A stretch of DNA of 64,000 bases from Chloroflexota bacterium. GTDB taxonomy: Bacteria; Chloroflexota; Dehalococcoidia; UBA2979. Position numbers and translations under genes: made by a program. Where the stretch lies: contig JAQCIU010000004.1 in the NCBI GenBank assembly GCA_027593235.1, positions 32,001 to 96,000 of the forward strand, in the 5' to 3' direction. Position 1 is the stretch's first letter, and each line of letters begins with the position of its first letter. The notes beneath the pieces are model-generated. The model worked only from the letters and a program-made list of their open reading frames with translations. It was not told the origin of the DNA and ran no database searches. Below, piece after piece: positions 9,720 to 21,511 of this stretch.

Positions 9720-10130
9720 ATGCTTCGTCTGCTGCTTCGAACAGGCTTGCGCGGACGCTGCCCCGGCTGCGATCAGCAGTCAATGTTCACTTCGTACTAC
9801 GAGATCCCGGTGCGCTGCTCGCACTGCGACCTGCAGTACCAGGTGGGCGAGGGCGCCTGGCTGGGCGCGATCGCGATCGGCTACGGGTTCGGGGTGATCG
9901 CGGCGATCATCGTCGTCTTCGTCGAATTGATCTGGGGTCCGATCCGCGCCGCTGGGCTCGACCCGATGTGGACAATCGCGATCGGGGCGCTGGTCGTCAC
10001 CGCCGTCAGCTACCGACTCGCCAAGGCGATCTGGTTCACGCTGTTGTTCCGCTTCGGATTCATGCGTTGGCCGGATGGAACGCCCACCGATGGCACCCCA
10101 CTTCGCGAACCAGCCGATGCGAGCATCTAG
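9720..10130 (+). CDS. DUF983-like zinc-ribbon membrane protein
   Basis: GLRGRCPGC...CSHC followed by two TM helices. Confidence 0.75.
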   Translation: MLRLLLRTGLRGRCPGCDQQSMFTSYYEIPVRCSHCDLQYQVGEGAWLGAIAIGYGFGVIAAIIVVFVELIWGPIRAAGLDPMWTIAIGALVVTAVSYRLAKAIWFTLLFRFGFMRWPDGTPTDGTPLREPADASI

Positions 10131-11794
10131 CGCACGCGAATCTGATGCTCCGTTGTCGGCGTCCCCGCGCGAGAGCTGACGATCGTCACGTGCGACAGGT
10201 GGCCCTTGTCGTTTGGTGTGAGCAATCCAAAACAGACGCCATTGACCGGCACGTTGCCGCATGACCAGATCCGCTTCTGCAGCGGATCGTCCGCGGTCCC
10301 GACGTAGATCTCGAAGCGGCGCGCCGGGCCCTCGATGTTTGTCACGCCGCCGATCGTGAAGCGGATGTTCGAGCCGGGCACGTCGAACGCCATCGCCAGG
10401 TAGTCGAAATCGACATCCCACGAGGGCCAGCGCAGGCCACCGACCAGCGGGCCGACGCCCGGAACGGTGCAGCCGGCCGCGTTACAAGCGGCCATCGAGG
10501 TCTCGCGCGTACCCGAGTTGAAGACGCGCCGCGCGTTCGCGTCGCCGATCGTGCCGAGCACGACGTCCCAGTCCATCGCCGCCGTGGGCGAAGCCTGACT
10601 GGTGCAGGACTGCGGCGCCGTGGTGAACGGAACGCTGGTACAGAACTGATACGTGGCGGCGTCGTCACGGTTGGTCCAACCCAGCGCGGAGCCGCCGGCG
10701 AGGCTACCGGTGCCGGCGTCGAATCTCGCGAAGGACGGCTGGAGTACCGGCAGGCCGGTGTTGCCGTCCAGCGTGACTGAAACAATCGCCAGCGCGCGAT
10801 GGCGGTAATTGTCGCGCGCCGACACGGTGAATTGCAGCGGCGCCTTGTTGTCGGGCGCCGTGAAGGTCGCCTTCGCGCCTACCGCCTGCAATGCCACGAC
10901 CGTCCCGGCGGTCTGTTTCCATTCGTAGCTAATCGGATCGTCCTCGGGATCGGTGGCGCTGGCCAGCAATGTCACGGCCTTGCCAGGGATCGCGACCTGC
11001 TTCGTCTGAATCTGCAGCGCCGGAGCACGGTTGATTCCGTACAGCCCCTGGAGGACCGTGCGCTCATCGCTACTGGCTCCAGCCGGACAGGTTGCGAGGT
11101 CATCCGGGTCGAAGGAGTTGAACATCAAATCGGTGCGCTTCGCGCTGTGACCGAAGCCCAGGACATGGCCCAGCTCGTGAGCGATCACGGACCGCGTGCA
11201 TACCTCGGGCACGCCGGTGCCGACATCGACGATGACGTCGAACTCGACGAAGCGGCGGTCGGTCGGGATCCCGAAGAATGGGATATAGAACCAGCTCCCA
11301 CGCGCGATCGCGGCGGCCGATCCCGTCACCACGTTGCGGGAATCGTCGAACCCCACCTCGTTGACGCCGTTGTCGTCCTCCCAGCGGAAGCCCGAGGTGC
11401 AATCGCCCTGGTAGTGGTAGCCGACGGAGGCGTCGAGCGTGTTCCACATCTCGGTCGCATCGGCGACATAGGTGCGGAACTGCTCGGCGGAGATGCTGGA
11501 GGGACGCCCGAACTGGTGGGTGCAGAGCTTCACCGGGATCGCTTCGGAGAACCAACGTCCCGGCGCGCCACCACAGTCCGAGGTGATGCTGCCATCGTCA
11601 CAGTCGGTGAAGTACTGGATGCCCGCGACGGAGCTAACGTTCGCATCGATCGGCCGGGCGCCATGACCGATGCCCTCGGCGCCCGCGCCGGGCACGAGGA
11701 GCACGAGCGCGCCGGCGATCAGCGCAAGCGTCGCCACCACCACCGCCACTGGACCATGCAGCCCTAGTTTTGGGCTGCAGCGTGCTCGGGACAC
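10127..11794 (-). CDS. secreted metzincin (matrixin/M10-like) metallopeptidase with PKD/Ig-like domain
   Basis: Signal peptide ending AGA; HELGHVLGFGH zinc motif plus Met-turn (TDLM); ATDPEDDPISYEWKQTAG PKD-like segment. Start uncertain (GTG 11794 or TTG 11839). Confidence 0.8.
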   Translation of the reverse strand: MSRARCSPKLGLHGPVAVVVATLALIAGALVLLVPGAGAEGIGHGARPIDANVSSVAGIQYFTDCDDGSITSDCGGAPGRWFSEAIPVKLCTHQFGRPSSISAEQFRTYVADATEMWNTLDASVGYHYQGDCTSGFRWEDDNGVNEVGFDDSRNVVTGSAAAIARGSWFYIPFFGIPTDRRFVEFDVIVDVGTGVPEVCTRSVIAHELGHVLGFGHSAKRTDLMFNSFDPDDLATCPAGASSDERTVLQGLYGINRAPALQIQTKQVAIPGKAVTLLASATDPEDDPISYEWKQTAGTVVALQAVGAKATFTAPDNKAPLQFTVSARDNYRHRALAIVSVTLDGNTGLPVLQPSFARFDAGTGSLAGGSALGWTNRDDAATYQFCTSVPFTTAPQSCTSQASPTAAMDWDVVLGTIGDANARRVFNSGTRETSMAACNAAGCTVPGVGPLVGGLRWPSWDVDFDYLAMAFDVPGSNIRFTIGGVTNIEGPARRFEIYVGTADDPLQKRIWSCGNVPVNGVCFGLLTPNDKGHLSHVTIVSSRAGTPTTEHQIRVR

Positions 11795-11910
11795 GGGTCT
11801 ATCCGCCTGTCCGCCGGGGTTCGATGGGGAGAGCAGCAACAGTCTACCGAGCCTGCGGCTGCCCGTGACCGGTTTGGCCCTCGGCTGTCGCGGAGTACCG
11901 CCCGATCGGC

Positions 11911-12978
11911 CTACTCGGGTCGTTTGTAGACCATGATCGAGCGACCGTTGATCTCACCGGCGGCCAACGCACGAATGCCCTCGTTGATGTCGTCCAGCGA
12001 GCCATAGCGCTTCGTGACCATCTTGTTCAGCGGCAGCGCGCCCTGGCGGAACCACTCCACGTACTGCGGGTAGTCCTCCGCGGGGTGACTGGAACCGCCC
12101 AGCGAGCCAATCAACTGGCGCTCCCCCATCGGGAAGAGCCCGCGCGGGATCGTGATCGGGCCCTGTGGGATGCCGACGACCACCGCCGTGCCACCGCGGG
12201 CTGCGCCGAGGCGGCCGGGCTTGGTGACCTCCACGATCTGGTGCAGGGTGACCTCCGCCCCGATCGCGTCGAAGGCGTAGTCGACGCCGCCGCCGGTCAG
12301 TTCCTTGACCGCCTCGACCGGATCCACCTCCGAGGCGTTGACGACGTCGGTCGCGCCGAACTCCTTCGCGAACTCAAGCTTCTCGGCGCTCAGGTCAACC
12401 GCGATAATCCGGCTCGCGCCTGCGATCTGGGCACCGGCGAGGACGTTGATCCCAACCCCGCCGACGCCGAAAACGGCAACGGTCTCGCCCTTCTGTACCT
12501 TCGCCGAACCCAGCACGGCGCCGACGCCAGTGACCGTCGCGCAGCCGATGATCGCGGCGTCCTCAACGGAAACGTCGTTCGCCAGCGGGATCACCATCTG
12601 CTCATGCACCAGCAGGTGTTCCGCCCAGGTGTAGACGTTTGGTCCCGCGATCGAGCGGCCGCGGTAGTTGAAGCGGGTTGCCGGAACCGGCGGATCCTCG
12701 AGGGTGATCGCACGCGGAACCCAGGTCACCATGACCCGATCGCCCTCGCGGACGTGCGTGACGGCGCTGCCGGCGGCGGTGATCACGCCGGTCGCTTCGT
12801 GTCCCAGCAACAACGGCCGCGCCAGATCCGGGTTGTGGAGCTGGTGGAGCTGCGAATGACAGATGCCGGAGGCATAGAGCTCGACGAGCACCTCGTGCGG
12901 GTTTGGATCAGGTAGCTCAATCTCCTCGATGGAGAGCGGCTGCCCGTGCTCAACGTCGATCGCGGCACGCGTCCGCAT
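11911..12978 (-). CDS. zinc-binding (MDR) alcohol dehydrogenase family protein
   Basis: GICHSQ, GHEATG, GCATVTG, GVGGVG motifs; AGGAG upstream of ATG 12978. Confidence 0.9.
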   Translation of the reverse strand: MRTRAAIDVEHGQPLSIEEIELPDPNPHEVLVELYASGICHSQLHQLHNPDLARPLLLGHEATGVITAAGSAVTHVREGDRVMVTWVPRAITLEDPPVPATRFNYRGRSIAGPNVYTWAEHLLVHEQMVIPLANDVSVEDAAIIGCATVTGVGAVLGSAKVQKGETVAVFGVGGVGINVLAGAQIAGASRIIAVDLSAEKLEFAKEFGATDVVNASEVDPVEAVKELTGGGVDYAFDAIGAEVTLHQIVEVTKPGRLGAARGGTAVVVGIPQGPITIPRGLFPMGERQLIGSLGGSSHPAEDYPQYVEWFRQGALPLNKMVTKRYGSLDDINEGIRALAAGEINGRSIMVYKRPE

Positions 12979-13119
12979 GATGGAGCTCCTTCGTTGCTTG
13001 CCCTGCAGGCCGCGCGATCCGGCGGATGATCCGGCGCGACGAGCCTCTTCGCCGTCACGATACACTGGCGCCGCCACCACGTTCGTGGTGCGCGATCGTC
13101 ATCCTCGAGGAGGGCGCCC

Positions 13120-14433
13120 ATGACCGAACAGCGCAATGGATCGTCGAACGGCACCCAATCGGTCGGCTCTCACTATCCGCCGCAAGCACAGCAGCCGCCA
13201 GCGGATCCGAACCCGCCCTACCGACTGCCACTCGAGGGCGTTCGAGTCCTCGATCTCAGCGTCTTCCAGCAAGGGACCTACGCCTCGGCGATGCTCGCCG
13301 ACATGGGCGCCGACGTCGTGAAGATCGAGGGCCCGCAGTCGCCCGATCCCGGCCGCGCCGGGGGCGGCGGGAACTCACCGAACGGCCTCAGCGCCTACTT
13401 CCAGCACCTCAACCGCAACAAGCGCGGCATCTGCCTCGACCTGAAGAGCGAGTCCGGTCGCGACACCTTCCTCAAGCTCGTCGAGACCGCGGACATTTTC
13501 CACAACAACATGCGACCGGGTGTCCTCGATCGCCTCGGGCTGACGTACGAGGTGCTGAAGGCGCGCAATCCTCGGATCATCGTCTCGAACGCCACCGGTT
13601 GGGGGAACGAGGGGCCCGACGCCGAGGCGAAGATGGGCAGCATGGACATCCTTGCGCAGGCCCGCGCTGGGATTATGTCCGTTACCGGCACCCCGGAGAC
13701 TGGTCCCCTGCCCGTTGGCGTGCCCTTCGCCGATCACGTCGGCGCGATCATCTCCGCCTTCGGCATGATGACCGCGCTCTGGGAACGCGAGCAGAGTGGC
13801 GAGGGGCAGGTGGTCGACACCTCGTTGTTCGGCTCGCAGCTCTGCATCCAGGGCTTCAACATCACCTCGAAGATGTGGGGCGGTCAGGAGCGGCCGCTGC
13901 TGGGCGACGACGATCGCGCGCCACACTGGTCCCGTTACCTCTGCAAGGACGGTGAGTACCTGATGGTCGGCGGCGGCCAGCCCGCCAAGTGGTGGGCCGA
14001 GTTCTGCGAGGTCATCGGCGCCCCCGAGTTGATCGAGGGCGATCCACCGGCGCACGGCCGTCACCCGCTGAATCGCCAGCGGCGCGCCCGCCTGGCCGCG
14101 ATCTTCCTCACCCGCACCCGCGACGAGTGGCTCGCCGACCTGCTCCCACGGTTCTTTGTCCAGCCCGTGGCCAGCTATGACGACATCGCCGTGGACGAGC
14201 AGGCGTGGGCGAATGGGTACCTGACCAACATGCCGAACCCCTCCGGGGGCTTCCTTCCGACCGTTGGCCCGCCGGTTCGGCTCAGCCGCACGCCGGCCTC
14301 GGTCCGCACCGCTGCCCCGGAATTCGGCCAACACACCGAAGAGGTGCTGCTGGAAGCCGGCTTCGACTGGGATCAGATCTCGGAACTGCGCGAGGCCGGC
14401 GCTTTTGGCGATCTAGCGAACGTCTCCGGATAA
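13120..14433 (+). CDS. class III CoA-transferase (CaiB/BaiF family)
   Basis: PLEGVRVLDLS, LADMGADVVKIE, LNRNKRGICLDLK, catalytic Asp in GSMDILAQ, APEFGQHT. Confidence 0.92.
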   Translation: MTEQRNGSSNGTQSVGSHYPPQAQQPPADPNPPYRLPLEGVRVLDLSVFQQGTYASAMLADMGADVVKIEGPQSPDPGRAGGGGNSPNGLSAYFQHLNRNKRGICLDLKSESGRDTFLKLVETADIFHNNMRPGVLDRLGLTYEVLKARNPRIIVSNATGWGNEGPDAEAKMGSMDILAQARAGIMSVTGTPETGPLPVGVPFADHVGAIISAFGMMTALWEREQSGEGQVVDTSLFGSQLCIQGFNITSKMWGGQERPLLGDDDRAPHWSRYLCKDGEYLMVGGGQPAKWWAEFCEVIGAPELIEGDPPAHGRHPLNRQRRARLAAIFLTRTRDEWLADLLPRFFVQPVASYDDIAVDEQAWANGYLTNMPNPSGGFLPTVGPPVRLSRTPASVRTAAPEFGQHTEEVLLEAGFDWDQISELREAGAFGDLANVSG

Positions 14434-14479
14434 CAACAACTCGTTCAGTGCCTCGGAGCGAGGCTGGAGTGGCAGTGCG

Positions 14480-15451
14480 ATGAGCAAAGTGAACACGATT
14501 CGAGGTCCGATCGACAGCAGCGAACTGGGCCGGACGCTCTCCCACGAGCACCTGACCAACGGCTTCAGCGGCATGGAGCGGATCGCCGGGCTGCTCCCGC
14601 GCGCGGAGATGGTCGGTCGCAACCTCGATGCCCTCGACCGCGCGAAAGCGGCCGGCATCGACAGCATCATCGACTGCACGCCGTGGGATCTCGGCCGCCA
14701 GATGTGGCTGTTCGAGGCCGTCGCCGAGCGTTCGCCGGTCAACGTCGTCTGCGCCACCGGCGTCTACCGCTGGGTACCGCCGATCTACTGGGGCATGGAC
14801 CCCGACGAGATCGCCGCGATCTGGATCGCCGAGATCGAGGACGGTATCGAGGGCACCGGCATCAAGCCCGGCATCATCAAGCTCGCCTGGGACATCGAGG
14901 CTCACCAGCACGACGGTCCGCGCTGGACGCCCCGCGCCAACCTCGAATTGACCGCACGCGCGGCCGCGCGCACCTCGAAACACACGGGCGTGCCGATCAC
15001 CTGCCACACGCGCGCGGTCGACGAGCTGGGCACCCCGCTGCTCGACCTTTTCGAGGACGAAGGGCTCGACCTCGGAGCGGTGACGATCGGCCACTCCAAC
15101 GACACGCAGGACCTCATCTACCTACGCGGCATGGCTTCACGTGGCGCGAACGTCGGCCTCGACCGCTTCTTCTCGACCAACGCCGACTACGTCGCGGAGC
15201 GGGGCGGCATCGCCCTCGCACTCGCGCAGGCCGGCCACGCCGACCACACCAGCCTCGGCCACGACGGCACGCCCGCCGGCCTGTGGGGCCGCTGGCGTGA
15301 AGAGCCGAACCCCGGCGTCTGGACGCTCGTCCCCGAGCACGAAGTCCCGTGGCTCCTCGCAAACGGCGCCTCCGAGGCGGACGTGGAGGCGATGCTCACC
15401 ACCTCGATCCGTCGCACGTTCGAGGCGGCGGCGAAGATGGTGAGGGCGTAA
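14480..15451 (+). CDS. phosphotriesterase-family amidohydrolase (PTE/PLL-like)
   Basis: NTIRGPI..LGRTLSHEHL, IKLA (carbamylated Lys position), TCHT, GHSND, GHD. Confidence 0.9.
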   Translation: MSKVNTIRGPIDSSELGRTLSHEHLTNGFSGMERIAGLLPRAEMVGRNLDALDRAKAAGIDSIIDCTPWDLGRQMWLFEAVAERSPVNVVCATGVYRWVPPIYWGMDPDEIAAIWIAEIEDGIEGTGIKPGIIKLAWDIEAHQHDGPRWTPRANLELTARAAARTSKHTGVPITCHTRAVDELGTPLLDLFEDEGLDLGAVTIGHSNDTQDLIYLRGMASRGANVGLDRFFSTNADYVAERGGIALALAQAGHADHTSLGHDGTPAGLWGRWREEPNPGVWTLVPEHEVPWLLANGASEADVEAMLTTSIRRTFEAAAKMVRA

Positions 15452-15461
15452 CCTGTCTCGT

Positions 15462-15752
15462 ATGGCACAGGAACAGATCAATATCGAGGGCGCGCAGTGG
15501 CTTTCGGAGTTGCGGGCTGTGCTCGATGACCGCCTCGTGGGCGTGCGCTACGCCACTGAGGGCGACGGGTACGACTTCCTGTTGATTCACGCGCCTGAGA
15601 ACCGACGAGCCGCGATCGAGCGGTTCACCGAGGCGTTCACCCGTGCGAAAGACATCCCGCCGTTCGAGATTATGTGCTTTGAGCAGGATCACGTTCCTGA
15701 CTACTACGGCGACTACGTGAGCATCGGCCCATCCCCTTCGCGTGCCAGTTAG
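15462..15752 (+). CDS. small acidic protein, degenerate minimal-nucleotidyltransferase-like
   Basis: 96 aa; helix followed by RLVGVRY...YDFLLI pattern; overlaps the downstream HEPN-like gene. Confidence 0.55.
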   Translation: MAQEQINIEGAQWLSELRAVLDDRLVGVRYATEGDGYDFLLIHAPENRRAAIERFTEAFTRAKDIPPFEIMCFEQDHVPDYYGDYVSIGPSPSRAS

Positions 15753-16095
15753 GGACCAGCACCTTCAGAAGGCAGATCGAGGCGCGGCCGTCGAAGCCGC
15801 GTTGATCGACGGCGCTCTGTCCATCGAGTGGGCGACGACGGTGCTGTTCTATCGCGCCGTGCACGTGATCGAGGCGTGGTTCGCTCTCCGTGGCGTTCAC
15901 CACCAGAGCCACACCGTTCGGACCCGCGCGGTCTACCGCGAGTTGCCAGAAGTCGCGGCCGACTACGTCGATCTGCTCGAAGCGTCGCGAACCGCGCGCT
16001 ACGAACCGGACGGACTACTCGACACAACGGAATACGACCGGCTTTCCGCCGCGTTCGTGCGGGTCGATGCTCGCGTTCGTTCCGAGGTCCGCTGA
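15742..16095 (+). CDS. HEPN-like domain protein
   Basis: HLQKA...WATTVLFYRAVHVIEA...SH..R...SRTARY pattern typical of small HEPN proteins. Confidence 0.7.
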   Translation: MPVRDQHLQKADRGAAVEAALIDGALSIEWATTVLFYRAVHVIEAWFALRGVHHQSHTVRTRAVYRELPEVAADYVDLLEASRTARYEPDGLLDTTEYDRLSAAFVRVDARVRSEVR

Positions 16096-16183
16096 AGCGC
16101 CCGGCATCCACCTCGAATCGTCGCGCTATACTCCGGCTCGCCGGTCACATACCGACTGAATGCCGGATTTCGAGGGGGGTTCG

Positions 16184-17932
<1,749 letters not shown>

Positions 17933-18017
17933 CGCCGAGCCTCGAACGAGGCATCGCGACCGCCGCACCGGCCCGAGGACCGCGATCCTCGGGCCGACCG
18001 CAGACAGAGGACGAGTG

Positions 18018-19175
18018 ATGGCAGCAGCCGACGACGGGGCCGACGAGGGCCCTCAGATCCACCGTGGCCTGAACGGGGTCTACTTCGACCGCAGCGCGGC
18101 CAGCTTCATCGATGGCCGCGAAGGCATCCTGACCTACCGCGGCTACTCGATTCACGACCTTGCCTCGCAGTCGACCTTCGAGGAGGTCGGCTACCTGCTG
18201 CTCCACGGGGAGCTGCCGAACGCCTCGGAACTCGCCGCCTTCCAGGCGGAGCTGGGCGGCGCACGAGCGCTGCCGGGCGGGGTGATCGACGTGATCCGCA
18301 CGGTCTCCCACGCGCACCCGATGGACGTGCTGCGTACCGCCGTCTCGGCCAGCGCCGCGTTCGATCCCGAGGTTGCCGACAACTCGCACGATGCCACGCT
18401 GCGCAAGGGCGTCCGCCTCACGGCGGCGGTCCCCGCGATGGTCGCGGCGCACCACCGCATCCGCAGCGGTCTCGATCCGGTCGAGGCCGACCCGACGATG
18501 GGTCATGCCGCGAGCTTCCTCTACCAGCTCAAAGGCACGCCCGGTTCAGCCGACGCGATCTCGCTGATCGACAAGGACGCCATCCTCCACGCCGAGCACG
18601 GCTCGAACGCCTCGGCGTTCACGGCACGCGTGGTCGCCGGTACCGATGCCAACCTGCACGCCGCGGTGACCTCGGCGATCGCTGCGCTCTCGGGCCCGGC
18701 GCACGGCGGCGCCGCCGAAAACGTGATGAAGATGGCGCAAGAGATCGAGGAGCCGGAGAACGCGGCGGCCTACGTGAAGGCGCTGCGCAAGAACCGTGAG
18801 CCGGTGATGGGTTTCGGGCACCGTGTCTACCGCACGGAGGACCCGCGAGCGCGCCACATGCGCGAGGGCGTCGAGCGCCTCTCCGCGGAGATGGGCCAGC
18901 CGAAGTGGTACCAGATCCTCGAGGCGACGGTTGAGGCGATGAGCCCGTACGCCCGCCTCGGCGTGAACGTGAACGTCGATTTCTACGCCGGTGTCGTCTA
19001 CTACCTGCTCGGCATCCCGGAGGACATCTTCGTGCCGATCTTCGCGATGGGGCGCGTCCCGGGCTGGGCAGCGCAGGTCCTCGAGCAGTTCGAGCACAAC
19101 ATCCTGATCCGCCCGCTCACCGTCTACAACGGTCCCGACGCGCGCGACTACGTGCCGCTCGCCGCCCGCGGCTAA
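18018..19175 (+). CDS. citrate synthase / 2-methylcitrate synthase family
   Basis: YRGY, HAEHGSNAS, GPAHGGA, MGFGHRVY..DPR, NVDFY; short type without N-terminal extension. Confidence 0.92.
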   Translation: MAAADDGADEGPQIHRGLNGVYFDRSAASFIDGREGILTYRGYSIHDLASQSTFEEVGYLLLHGELPNASELAAFQAELGGARALPGGVIDVIRTVSHAHPMDVLRTAVSASAAFDPEVADNSHDATLRKGVRLTAAVPAMVAAHHRIRSGLDPVEADPTMGHAASFLYQLKGTPGSADAISLIDKDAILHAEHGSNASAFTARVVAGTDANLHAAVTSAIAALSGPAHGGAAENVMKMAQEIEEPENAAAYVKALRKNREPVMGFGHRVYRTEDPRARHMREGVERLSAEMGQPKWYQILEATVEAMSPYARLGVNVNVDFYAGVVYYLLGIPEDIFVPIFAMGRVPGWAAQVLEQFEHNILIRPLTVYNGPDARDYVPLAARG

Positions 19176-19226
19176 GGCGCCGCACTGACCTCGGGCGACG
19201 CGGCCCTCGGGATCGTCGGGACGCGG

Positions 19227-20036
19227 CTAGATCTTGCGGTAGCGGTTCACGGCAGCGGCAGCGGCCACGACGGTGATGAGCGTGCCCCAGGCGAGCGTCT
19301 TCCAGACGTCGGCGCTGTCCACGTTACCGAGGGCCAGCCCTCGGACGGCGTCGACGGCGATCGTGACCGGGTTCTCGCCAGCAAACCCTCGGACGATCGG
19401 GTTCATCGATTCGACCGGGACGAACGCTGAGCTGATGAAGGTCAGTGGGAAGAGCCAGAGGAAGCCGGCGCTCTGCATCGTTTCGACATTGCGAATCCAG
19501 ACGCCGAGGGTTGCCGAGACCCACATGAACGGCACCGCGAAGAACAGCGCCAATAGCGGCACCGCGATCGCCTCAAGCAGCGTCCCGTGGAATCGGAAGC
19601 CAATCAGGAACCCAACGCCGAGCATGAGGAGGACGCCGAATCCGATCGTGACCGTGTCCGCAAGGATCCTGCCGGCGACGACGGCGATCCGTGACATCGG
19701 CAGCGACCGGTAGCGGTCGACCATTCCCTGGTTCAGGTCTTCGGCGAGGCCCATCCCCGTGTTCATCGCGCTGAAGAGCACCGTCTGCACCATCACGCCG
19801 GGGATCAGGAAGTCCGCGTAGTTGTCCGTGGCGGTTGCGATCGCGCCGCCGAAGACGTAGTTGAACAGCAGGATGAACATCACCGGTTGGATCGCCGCGA
19901 AGACGATGTAGTCGAAGCGGCGGCTCATCCGCTTCAGGTTCCGTTGCGCCATCAACAGCGAGTCGGTGATCGCCCAGCGGACGCCCGACAGCGCCGGCGC
20001 GGGCGCGGCGGCGGCAGCTCGTTCAGTGGTGGTCAT
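19227..20036 (-). CDS. ABC-2 type exporter permease (DrrB-like)
   Basis: QPVMFILLFNYVFGGAI, DRYRSLPM, SSAFVP, NPVT. Confidence 0.9.
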   Translation of the reverse strand: MTTTERAAAAAPAPALSGVRWAITDSLLMAQRNLKRMSRRFDYIVFAAIQPVMFILLFNYVFGGAIATATDNYADFLIPGVMVQTVLFSAMNTGMGLAEDLNQGMVDRYRSLPMSRIAVVAGRILADTVTIGFGVLLMLGVGFLIGFRFHGTLLEAIAVPLLALFFAVPFMWVSATLGVWIRNVETMQSAGFLWLFPLTFISSAFVPVESMNPIVRGFAGENPVTIAVDAVRGLALGNVDSADVWKTLAWGTLITVVAAAAAVNRYRKI

Positions 20037-21160
20037 GCCGCACCCCCTCCGCCAGCCGCGTTCGTTCTTGTCGAGGCCGCCTCGCCATTGGTGGGCTCCT
20101 CGGCGTGATGGCCGGTCAGCACCATGAAGACGTCGTCCAGCGTCGGCTGGCGCAGCCCGATGTCGGCAACGCCGACACCGGCTGCTTCCAGTTCGCGAAC
20201 GGCCTGGACGATGAGCGATGAGCCGTGCGCGGTCCCGACGGAAACACGCAGCGCGGCCTCGTCGACCTGCGGTTCCTGGTCGGAGAGGCGGCTGAGCACG
20301 GCCGCGGCGTCCGCGAGTTGCGAGGCGACCTCGACGTGGACCGCGAGCACCGCCTGTGCGCTCTGCTGCTTCAGTTCGTCGGCGGTCCCTTCCGCTAGCA
20401 CGCGACCGTGGTCGATCACGGTGATGCGATCGGCGAGCGCGTCGGCTTCCTCGAGGTACTGCGTCGTCAGAAGCACGGTCGTGCCTTCGCTGACGAGCGT
20501 CTTGATCACCTCCCAGAGCCCCACGCGACTCCGCGGATCGAGGCCAGTCGTCGGTTCGTCAAGAAACAGCACCGGAGGCTGCGAGATCAGGCTTGCGGCC
20601 AGGTCGAGCCGGCGGCGCATGCCGCCGGAGTAGGTGCGTGCCTGCCGGTCAGCGGCATCGACCAGGTCGAAGCGTTCGAGGAGCTGGATCGCGCGTCGCC
20701 GCGCCTCGGGCTTCGGGAGGTGGTAGAGGCGAGCGACCAGCTCGAGGTTCTCGCGACCGGTCAGGTAGTCGTCCACGGCGGCGCTCTGACCAGCGAGGCC
20801 GATCACATGGCGGAGCTGGTCCGCTTCGCGAACGACGTCGTAACCGGCGACGACGGCATGTCCCGAGTCTGGCGTCATCAGCGTCGTCAGGATCCGGACC
20901 AGCGTCGTCTTGCCGGCGCCGTTCGGGCCGAGCAGCCCGAGGACGGTCCCCGGCTCCACGCGCAGGTCCACGCCATCGAGGGCGACCACCTTGCCGAAGC
21001 GCTTGTGGACGCCCTCGACCAGCACCGCCGCACCGCTGTCGCGCGCCGCGGTCTGGGTTGAGGACCGGGACGCGGTCGTGTCATCGCCGTTCGAAATAAT
21101 GTTGAGATCCTGTCCTGTCGCTGTTCCATCGTGAGCACCAGAACAAGTAGACGCCACCAC
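20033..21160 (-). CDS. ABC exporter ATP-binding protein (DrrA-like)
   Basis: GPNGAGKT, YSGGMRRRLD, FLDEPTTGLDP, TTQYLEEA, PTLDDVF. True start uncertain, probably downstream of 21160. Confidence 0.9.
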   Translation of the reverse strand: MVASTCSGAHDGTATGQDLNIISNGDDTTASRSSTQTAARDSGAAVLVEGVHKRFGKVVALDGVDLRVEPGTVLGLLGPNGAGKTTLVRILTTLMTPDSGHAVVAGYDVVREADQLRHVIGLAGQSAAVDDYLTGRENLELVARLYHLPKPEARRRAIQLLERFDLVDAADRQARTYSGGMRRRLDLAASLISQPPVLFLDEPTTGLDPRSRVGLWEVIKTLVSEGTTVLLTTQYLEEADALADRITVIDHGRVLAEGTADELKQQSAQAVLAVHVEVASQLADAAAVLSRLSDQEPQVDEAALRVSVGTAHGSSLIVQAVRELEAAGVGVADIGLRQPTLDDVFMVLTGHHAEEPTNGEAASTRTNAAGGGGAA

Positions 21161-21178
21161 CTGATCGAGCAGGTTGAC

Positions 21179-21511
21179 CTAGCCGCGCGTCCGTTCGAGG
21201 TGATCGCGCAGCCGATCGAGGCGTGCGTCCCAGGTCGCACCCGCGCGCTCGAGCCAACCCGCGGCTTCCGCGAGGACATCCGCGCGCAGACGGTAGATCA
21301 CCGCCCGGCCCTGCGGCTCGCTGGCGATCAGCCCTGCCTCCGTGAGCACCGCGATGTGCTTGCTCACCCCCTGGCGGGTGATCGGCAGTCGTTCGGCAAG
21401 CGCGGTCGCGGTCGCGCCGTCGCCCTCCCCATCACCGAGCAGCCGCAGCACCTCGAGGCGCGTCGGGTCGCCGAGGGCGCGAAAGACGGCGCTCGCCTCG
21501 GTGGCGTTCAT
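21179..21511 (-). CDS. ArsR/SmtB family transcriptional regulator
   Basis: VFRALGDPTR, ITRQGVSKHIAVL..AGLI, WDARLDRL; ATGA-coupled to the SRPBCC gene. Confidence 0.9.
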   Translation of the reverse strand: MNATEASAVFRALGDPTRLEVLRLLGDGEGDGATATALAERLPITRQGVSKHIAVLTEAGLIASEPQGRAVIYRLRADVLAEAAGWLERAGATWDARLDRLRDHLERTRG

